Assembly: GCA_015231405.1 (NCBI GenBank)
Contig: JADGBR010000001.1
Span: forward strand, 155,964 to 219,963
Direction of reading: 5' to 3'
DNA: 64,000 nt
Source of the DNA: Candidatus Omnitrophota bacterium
GTDB taxonomy: Bacteria; Omnitrophota; Gorgyraeia; Tantalellales; Tantalellaceae
Position numbers and translations under genes: made by a program
The notes under the pieces: model-generated
Database searches by the model: none
What the model saw: only the letters and a program-made list of their open reading frames with translations
What the model was told of the DNA's origin: nothing
In this document: piece by piece, positions 57,976 to 64,000 of the stretch
How the letters are laid out: each line of letters begins with the position of its first letter
How positions within the stretch are numbered: the stretch's first letter is position 1

Positions 57976-58779
57976 ATGAGGTTTAAACCGTATATATTCT
58001 TATTGAAACTCTTCGCCCGGTGGCGCAGGGCGGTCAGGAGGGCGTTCCTTCACATAGGGGGCCTCATCCTATTGTTCTCGGGCACCCTGTACTGGATGGT
58101 GCGGCCTCCTTTCAGGAAGTTCCACGTCCTTGAACAGATGAGGGACATGGGGGTAGCCTCGTTCCCGATAGTGTTCCTTATCAGCCTTTTCACCGGAATA
58201 GTTCTGGCGCTCCAGAGCGCTTACCAGATGCAGAAACTGTCGGCCGAGATGTACATAGCCTCTCTGGTAAGCCTATCGCTTGTCAGGGAGCTGGGGCCGG
58301 TGCTTACAGCGCTCATTGTGGCCGGTAGATGCGGGGCGGCGATAACAGCCGAGCTCGGGACCATGAAGGTCACCGAGCAGATAGACGCGCTTGAGACGCT
58401 TTCGACCAATCCGATAAATTATCTTGTGGTACCGAGGTTCGTTGCGCTTATCGTGATGCTGCCGATCCTTACCATTTACGCCGATTTCTTCGGAATTATC
58501 GGCGGATATCTGATAGGTGTCGGCAAGCTTGACATATCGCATTCTATGTATCTTAAGATGACATTCGATCCCATGCAGGTCAAGGACGTCATCACCGGGT
58601 GCATTAAAAGTATCTCTTTCGCGACGGTGATATGCATGATCTCCTGTTTCGAAGGGATGAATTCCGAAGGAGGCGCGGAAGGGGTCGGTAAAGCTACCAC
58701 GTCGAGTGTTGTCAGGAGCTTTATAATGATCATAGTCGTTGATTGTTTCTTCACGGCCCTTTTCTATTTCATGAAATGA
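57976..58779 (+). CDS. mlaE: MlaE (phospholipid ABC transporter permease)
   Basis: MlaE/YrbE fold (LGPVLTALIVAGRCGAAITAELGTMKVTEQIDALETL). ATG 57976 chosen just after the clpC stop; the ORF track's 57922 overlaps clpC. Confidence 0.8.
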   Translation: MRFKPYIFLLKLFARWRRAVRRAFLHIGGLILLFSGTLYWMVRPPFRKFHVLEQMRDMGVASFPIVFLISLFTGIVLALQSAYQMQKLSAEMYIASLVSLSLVRELGPVLTALIVAGRCGAAITAELGTMKVTEQIDALETLSTNPINYLVVPRFVALIVMLPILTIYADFFGIIGGYLIGVGKLDISHSMYLKMTFDPMQVKDVITGCIKSISFATVICMISCFEGMNSEGGAEGVGKATTSSVVRSFIMIIVVDCFFTALFYFMK

Positions 58780-59531
58780 TAGAGCTTAAGAACGTAAATA
58801 AGTCATATAACGGCATCGCGATCCTGAAGGATCTTTCCATGGAGATAAAAGAGGGAGAGTCCCTTGTCATAATCGGCAGATCGGGCTGCGGTAAGAGCGT
58901 TCTGCTTAAACATATCATAGGCCTTTTGAGGCCCGATTCGGGCAGCGTTATCATAGACGGTACGGATATAACAAAATGCTCCTCGCAGGAGCTCAGCGAG
59001 GTCAGGAAAGATTTTGGAATGCTGTTCCAGGGTGCGGCCCTGTTCGACTCGCTGACCGTTCTCGAGAACGTGGGATTCCAGCTTATGGAACATACCGACA
59101 TGGATTTCAGGGACATTGAAAAAAGGGTTGAAGAGTGTCTTGCCCTCGTGGGCTTAAAAGGCATAGAAAGGCTAAAGCCCGCCGAACTTTCCGGTGGCAT
59201 GCGGAAAAGGGTAGGGCTCGCCAGGGCCATTTGCATGAACCCGAAAATAGTCCTGTTTGACGAACCGACCACCGGTATAGATCCGATCATGGGTGATATC
59301 ATAAATAACCTTATAAGACACCTTCACCACGAGCTTAAAGTGACCTTTATAACGGTCACCCACGATATGAAAAGCGCCTATAAGATCGCTGACAGGATAT
59401 GCATGTTCTATGATAAAAAACTTATTTCGGTAGGAACCCCCGCTGAAACGATGGATTCAAGTAATGAGATAGTCAGGCAGTTCGTAAGGGGCGAGGCGGA
59501 CGGACCGTTGACTATCGGCCAGGAGAAATAA
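58776..59531 (+). CDS. mlaF: MlaF (ABC transporter ATP-binding protein)
   Basis: Walker A GRSGCGKS. Signature LSGGMRKRVGLARA. Walker B VLFDEPTTGIDP. ATGA overlap with mlaE. Confidence 0.85.
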   Translation: MIELKNVNKSYNGIAILKDLSMEIKEGESLVIIGRSGCGKSVLLKHIIGLLRPDSGSVIIDGTDITKCSSQELSEVRKDFGMLFQGAALFDSLTVLENVGFQLMEHTDMDFRDIEKRVEECLALVGLKGIERLKPAELSGGMRKRVGLARAICMNPKIVLFDEPTTGIDPIMGDIINNLIRHLHHELKVTFITVTHDMKSAYKIADRICMFYDKKLISVGTPAETMDSSNEIVRQFVRGEADGPLTIGQEK

Positions 59532-59588
59532 TTTTCGATTTATGAAAGACCGCAGCGCGTGCATCGCATAGCGGAAAAGGAGATGAAG

Positions 59589-60416
59589 ATGTATAGGGAC
59601 GAAAAACTCGAGATGAAGGTCGGGCTATTTATGGGTCTGGGGCTTTTTGTGATGTTCCTGATAGTGTTCTCCATAAAGGATATCTCTTTTATGGGTGACG
59701 GGTACGAGTTTGATCTCGTTTTCAGTTTTATTAATGGGATAAAAACAAGTTCTCCGGTAAGGCTTGCCGGCGTTGATGTCGGGGAGGTAAAAAAGACCGA
59801 TCTGTACTACGATGAGGCAAAAGGCAAAACACAGGTCAAACTCAGGTTGTGGATAAGGAACGGGACAAAGATAGAGAAAGACGCGGATTTCAGGGTCAAC
59901 ACCCTGGGACTTCTTGGAGAGCGCTATGTCGAGGTCTCACCGGGCGCATCGAAAGATTTCTTGGGAGCCGGCGATATAGTGAGCGGTAAAGATCCGCTCA
60001 ATATCGGAGAGCAGATGGAAAAGATGAACGGGGTTATCATATCGATGTCGGAAATAATTTCACATATCCAGAAGGGAGAAGGTTCCCTCGGAAAGATGAT
60101 AATGGACGATTCATTTTACGGGAAAATGGACGCCATTGCGGACAGACTCGAAAAAGGGGAGGGGACGATAGGGAAACTCCTGAAAGACGACGGGCTGTAC
60201 AACGATCTAAGGACTATTGTCGGTAAGATAAAAGGGGGTGAAGGGACTATTGGCAAATTATTGACCGACGACAAGTTGTACAACGACGCCGACGCCATGA
60301 TACAGGAGATAAAGGCTAATCCCTGGAAGCTTCTTCATAAGACCAAGGAGCCGGATAAGGCAAAACCTGAGGCGGCAGATAAATCAGCCTCCCGGGGGCG
60401 GAACTTCGTGAAATGA
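59589..60416 (+). CDS. mlaD: MlaD (MCE-domain protein)
   Basis: N-terminal TM then MCE domain (VRLAGVDVGEV). C-terminal repeated GEG(S/T)(L/I)GK(L/M) motifs. Confidence 0.75.
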   Translation: MYRDEKLEMKVGLFMGLGLFVMFLIVFSIKDISFMGDGYEFDLVFSFINGIKTSSPVRLAGVDVGEVKKTDLYYDEAKGKTQVKLRLWIRNGTKIEKDADFRVNTLGLLGERYVEVSPGASKDFLGAGDIVSGKDPLNIGEQMEKMNGVIISMSEIISHIQKGEGSLGKMIMDDSFYGKMDAIADRLEKGEGTIGKLLKDDGLYNDLRTIVGKIKGGEGTIGKLLTDDKLYNDADAMIQEIKANPWKLLHKTKEPDKAKPEAADKSASRGRNFVK

Positions 60417-60493
60417 TATCCGCGCGGCCGCTCCGGGCTTGAATCCCCGGCATATGGTCCATTTATCAAATTTATAAAAAAAAGGAGACTAAG

Positions 60494-61921
60494 GTGCTTA
60501 CTATAAGATATATAAGAGCGTTTTTCTTCATGTTATCGATAGTGTGCGGGTACTATGTCGGTACCTATTTCCAGCATTATAGCGATATCGCTTCTCTCTT
60601 CGGGCTGGGGATCGGCGCTATATTCGCCGTGAGCCTTATGTTCGTCGAGGCAAAAATGCGGAACGTATCGCTCCGGAACCTTTCGGCAGGGGTTTTCGGC
60701 CTTATTTTCGGGTTTTTCATAGCATGGATGCTGACCTTGATCGTCAAGATCGTGCCCATGAACGATCTATATTACAACATCGCTCAGATAGTCTTCACGC
60801 TGGTTTTCTGCTATCTCGGGATGGTCATAGCGATCAAGGGGAAGGATGAGTTCAACCTGATAATCCCTTATGTCCGTTTTTCACCTCAGGACCAGGGATC
60901 ACAGATCTTTCTCATCGATACCAGCGTCATTATAGACGGGCGTATCAACGGGATTTGCGAATCCGGTTTCTTGAGCGGCAAACTGCTGGTCCCTCGTTTT
61001 GTTCTTCAGGAACTCCAGAATATAGCAGATCATACCGACGAGACCAAGAGGATAAGGGGACGTCGTGGGCTTGATGTGCTGAACCAGATGAGGAAGATAA
61101 CGGGTGTGGAAGTGATAGTGCATGACGAGAATTTTCCTGATACTCCGGAAGTTGACGCTAAGCTGCTCAAACTGGCAAGGGTCATAGGTTGTAAAGTGCT
61201 CACGAATGATTACAACCTCAACAAGATAGCCAAGCTCGAAGGCGTGACAGTGCTTAACATTAACGAGCTGGCGAACGCTATGCGCATCGTTATCTCGCCC
61301 GGAGACAAAATGCTCGCCGCGATACGTAAAGAAGGAAAGGAGAGGAACCAGGGCGTTGCGTTCCTTGACGACGGAACAATGATAGTGGTGGACAACGCCA
61401 GAAAATTCATAGGTAAGGACGTTCCAGTTAACGTAACAAGCGTCCTCCAGACATCGGCGGGACGGATGATATTCGCGGAATTGTCCGACAGGAACGGTAG
61501 GACCGAACAGCCGGTCAAAGGTCCCGAGGAGCAAAGGCGAGAGTCAACCCAGCCGCGTGAGAGGAGGTTCGAGGAAAAGCGACCAAAAGAAGAAGGCCAA
61601 AGGCCCAGGGAAGAAGGCCAAAGGCCCAGGGAAGAAGGCCAAAGGCCGAGGACGGACGACGGACAGAAAAGGTCAGAAGAACACAGACAGAGGTCTGAGG
61701 AGAACAGGCAGAGGTCTGAGGAGAACAGGCGCCGCCACGAAGAGCATAGGCGCAGGCAGGAAGAGCATCGTAGACGAATAGAGGAACAGAGAATGAAAGC
61801 CCAGGAGCATCAACCGAAGACCGATGAAGTGCCGAGTGATGTTCTACCGGGAGAAATTGTCGAGGGCCCGGACGTAAAGAGTGAGAACCTGCGGGGTGAT
61901 GAGGCCAAGAACGAAGGGTAA
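60494..61921 (+). CDS. YacL-like membrane-anchored PIN plus TRAM domain protein with repetitive R/E-rich C-terminal tail
   Basis: GTG start after AAGGAG. About 4 N-terminal TM helices. PIN core (IFLIDTSVIIDGRI). TRAM-like beta segment (KDVPVNVTSVLQTSAGRMIFAEL). C-terminal EEGQRPR x3 and QRSEENR x2 heptad repeats. Confidence 0.6.
   Translation: MLTIRYIRAFFFMLSIVCGYYVGTYFQHYSDIASLFGLGIGAIFAVSLMFVEAKMRNVSLRNLSAGVFGLIFGFFIAWMLTLIVKIVPMNDLYYNIAQIVFTLVFCYLGMVIAIKGKDEFNLIIPYVRFSPQDQGSQIFLIDTSVIIDGRINGICESGFLSGKLLVPRFVLQELQNIADHTDETKRIRGRRGLDVLNQMRKITGVEVIVHDENFPDTPEVDAKLLKLARVIGCKVLTNDYNLNKIAKLEGVTVLNINELANAMRIVISPGDKMLAAIRKEGKERNQGVAFLDDGTMIVVDNARKFIGKDVPVNVTSVLQTSAGRMIFAELSDRNGRTEQPVKGPEEQRRESTQPRERRFEEKRPKEEGQRPREEGQRPREEGQRPRTDDGQKRSEEHRQRSEENRQRSEENRRRHEEHRRRQEEHRRRIEEQRMKAQEHQPKTDEVPSDVLPGEIVEGPDVKSENLRGDEAKNEG
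61589..61729 (+). repeat. in-frame 21-bp tandem repeats (3 x gaagaaggccaaaggcccagg at 61589-61651; 2 x cagaggtctgaggagaacagg at 61688-61729) in the yacL-like 3' end
   Basis: Direct reading of the sequence. Units are perfect except one substitution in copy 3 of the first block. Confidence 0.85.
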
Positions 61922-61977
61922 CTTGTGTGGTTCGTGATTCGTGGTTCGGTTGAATAGGCCAAGAGGGGAAAAAGAGG

Positions 61978-62490
61978 ATGGACATACGAGTAGGAATGGG
62001 GTACGACATTCACCGGCTCGTCGAAGGGCGAAAGTTTATCCTTGGCGGTGTTGATATCCCTTATCATATGGGTCTTCTCGGCCATTCGGATGCGGATGTT
62101 CTACTGCACGCGGTAATAGACGCTATACTTGGAGCCATGGGTGAACCGGATATCGGCACGAATTTCCCGGATAAAGATCCCGCGTATAAAGGGATATCAA
62201 GCAAAGTCCTATTGGATGAGGTAAAAAAGATAATGCACGCCAAGGGTTTTAAAGTTAATAATCTGGATTGTATCATCGTGACCGAAGAGCCCAAGATAGG
62301 CCCGTACAGGGGAGAGATAATCGGGACAATAAGTTCTATCCTGGAGATCCCGTCATCTTCGGTCAACGTCAAATCAAAAACTAACGAGGAGCTTGGCCCG
62401 GTCGGTCAAAAAGAAGCGGTCGTTTCTTACGCGGTCGTTACGATCGTAAAAAATACTATGACCCGTCCCAGATCCGGAGGTAAGAAATGA
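61978..62490 (+). CDS. ispF: 2-C-methyl-D-erythritol 2,4-cyclodiphosphate synthase
   Basis: IRVGMGYDIHRL ... GHSDADVLLHAVIDA ... GEPDIG signature motifs. Confidence 0.9.
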   Translation: MDIRVGMGYDIHRLVEGRKFILGGVDIPYHMGLLGHSDADVLLHAVIDAILGAMGEPDIGTNFPDKDPAYKGISSKVLLDEVKKIMHAKGFKVNNLDCIIVTEEPKIGPYRGEIIGTISSILEIPSSSVNVKSKTNEELGPVGQKEAVVSYAVVTIVKNTMTRPRSGGKK

Positions 62491-63185
62491 GTTTATTAAC
62501 GGGGCTTATATTCCTTGCGGCGGTATTCTTTGCCGCCATTTTATTGCTTTTCAAGGACGATATTAAAGCCATCAGGGAGCGTGACCCGGCGGCGACAAGC
62601 CACGCCGAGATCGTGATCACATATTCCGGTCTTCATGCGATGGTCTTTTACCGGATCGCGCATGTTCTCCTTGATATGAAAATACCGTTTTTTCCCAGGT
62701 ATCTTTCTCAGTTCGCGAGATGGCTTACCGGCATAGAGATCCACCCGGGAGCAAGTATCGGTAAGGGTTTTTTTATAGACCACGGTATGGGTGTGGTGAT
62801 AGGTGAAACCGCCGTAATAGGCGATAACGTGACATTGTTCCAGGGCGTCACCCTTGGCGGCACGGGAAAGGAACGCGGTAAGCGTCATCCCACTTTAGGT
62901 AACGACGTCGTAGTCGGAGCGGGTGCGAAGGTCCTCGGGAACATAGTGATCGGGAATAACGTTATTATCGGGGCTAACGCGGTCGTTATCCGCGAGGTGC
63001 CGGATAATTCCACAGTCGTTGGAGTTCCGGGGAGGATCGCAAGGAAAGAAGGGAAACGAATGCCGACCGGGATAAATCTGGACCATACATCATTGCCGGA
63101 CCCTTTGCAGCAGGCGCTTGAGAAACTTCAGAAAGAGATAGACCATATCGAGGGTGAGCTTAAGGAATATCATGATAAGAAGTGA
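62487..63185 (+). CDS. cysE: serine O-acetyltransferase
   Basis: SATase N-terminal helical domain then left-handed beta-helix hexapeptide repeats (GIEIHPGASIGKGFFIDHGMGVVIGETAVIGDNV). Confidence 0.85.
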   Translation: MSLLTGLIFLAAVFFAAILLLFKDDIKAIRERDPAATSHAEIVITYSGLHAMVFYRIAHVLLDMKIPFFPRYLSQFARWLTGIEIHPGASIGKGFFIDHGMGVVIGETAVIGDNVTLFQGVTLGGTGKERGKRHPTLGNDVVVGAGAKVLGNIVIGNNVIIGANAVVIREVPDNSTVVGVPGRIARKEGKRMPTGINLDHTSLPDPLQQALEKLQKEIDHIEGELKEYHDKK

Positions 63186-63266
63186 GGGGGCTCCCAGGGA
63201 ACGTTGGACGTAGGACGTTAAAGAGCCACAGCTAACGTCCTGAGTTTATTAACGGTTAACCGGATA

Positions 63267-64000
63267 TGTTAAAAATATACAATACACTGACGCGTAAGAA
63301 AGAAGAATTCATACCACTTAACAAGGGCAGGGTCTCGATATACCTTTGCGGGCCTACCGTTTATGATCTTCCCCATATCGGGCATGCCCGCAGCGCTTTT
63401 GTTTTCGAACTGTTGAGGAGATATTTCGCATACTCGGGTTATAAAGTCCATTTCGTTCGGAATGTGACCGACGTGGATGATAAGATCATAAAGAGGGCTA
63501 AGGATGACCTTATATCCGAAGGAGCCCGGCCCGACGGTGACGTCCTGAAGAAGAAAGTAGCGGATGTGTCTTCCCGTTACCTTGAGGAATATCATAAAGC
63601 CATGGATATGCTTGGAGTGGCCAAGCCGGACGACGAGCCCAGGGCCACTCTGAACATACCACAGATGATAAAGTTCATAGAAGAACTTGTCGGGAAAGGC
63701 AGCGCTTATGTGGCGGACGGGAGCGTATACTTCGACGTAGACAGCTATAACGGATACGGGGAGCTTTCCGGCCAGGACAAAAAAGAGATGCTCAGCAATG
63801 TCAGGATAGAGCCCGATAAGAATAAGAAGGCCCCGCTTGATTTTGCGCTCTGGAAGAAGGTGAAAGAGTCCGAGCCCTACTGGCAGAGCCCGTGGGGAAA
63901 CGGAAGGCCGGGATGGCATATCGAATGTTCCGTTATGAGTACCGGGATATTCGGAACGGAATTCGACATCCATGGAGGAGGGCTGGACCTGATCTTTCCG
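63267..64000 (+). CDS. cysS: cysteine--tRNA ligase, 3' end beyond window
   Basis: Class I HIGH motif (CGPTVYDLPHIGHARSAFVFE). Open to the window end. Not in the ORF track because no stop is reached. Confidence 0.85.

Noticed and set aside
60417-60493. tRNA-like T-arm (ccgggcttgaatccccgg ... tcca) after mlaD
   Set aside because: The intergenic segment is only 77 nt, has no complementary 5' acceptor strand and no D- or anticodon arms. It is most likely a terminator hairpin.
61589-61729. Possible CRISPR array suggested by the perfect 21-bp tandem repeats
   Set aside because: The repeats are directly adjacent without spacers, are in-frame inside a coding sequence and encode heptad peptide repeats. 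No cas genes are present.
9088-63263. GTTAAC-centred perfect palindromes (9088-9107 ccccgccgttaacggcgggg; 63254-63263 cggttaaccg) as a restriction-modification signature
   Set aside because: Only two instances, at unrelated positions, and no R-M genes in the window. More simply explained as local hairpins; cannot be assessed without genome-wide counts.
1-64000. Alternative genetic code (UGA=Gly as in some candidate phyla) to explain the start-less YraN ORF following the spoVG TGA
   Set aside because: TGA terminates many highly conserved full-length genes at the expected position (clpB, the J-domain gene, mlaD and others) and long ORFs are intact under code 11, so stop-codon reassignment is not supported.

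Overview
This is a 64-kb bacterial chromosomal window of roughly 45% GC, densely coding, mostly on the + strand, with many start/stop overlaps that imply operons. Gene content mixes diderm envelope machinery (LptF/G, LolCDE, MlaEFD) with Firmicute-like stress and housekeeping modules (McsA-McsB-ClpC, SpoVG, YacL-like, YacP-like). That pattern fits a deep-branching candidate-phylum diderm such as an Omnitrophota-like lineage, but I cannot verify lineage without searches. I saw no rRNA or tRNA genes, CRISPR arrays, transposases or integrases. The outstanding feature is a single 12.4-kb gene (23843..36277, 4144 aa). It encodes an N-terminal signal/anchor peptide, a TraB/GumN-like domain and six tandem AAA_5 (MoxR/dynein/midasin-type) modules in which degenerate and intact Walker A boxes alternate. 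These are followed by a helical region with an HExxH motif, a disordered acidic/Pro-rich linker, a VWA-like segment and about 700 aa of unknown C-terminus. Six AAA modules, an acidic linker and a VWA segment fused in one polypeptide is the architecture of eukaryotic midasin. I read it as a bacterial midasin-like mechano-enzyme. Other notable items: (i) two heat-shock loci (clpB; mcsA-mcsB-clpC) with no CtsR or CIRCE boxes but with their own palindromic elements; (ii) a family of low-complexity palindromic intergenic repeats; (iii) a segmental duplication of a promoter/5' gene segment; (iv) an RND-pump remnant; (v) a YraN-like ORF with no canonical start codon directly abutting the spoVG stop; (vi) a c-di-GMP/ECF-sigma signalling cluster. 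All functional calls rest on motif-level recognition of the translated ORFs, with no database searches.
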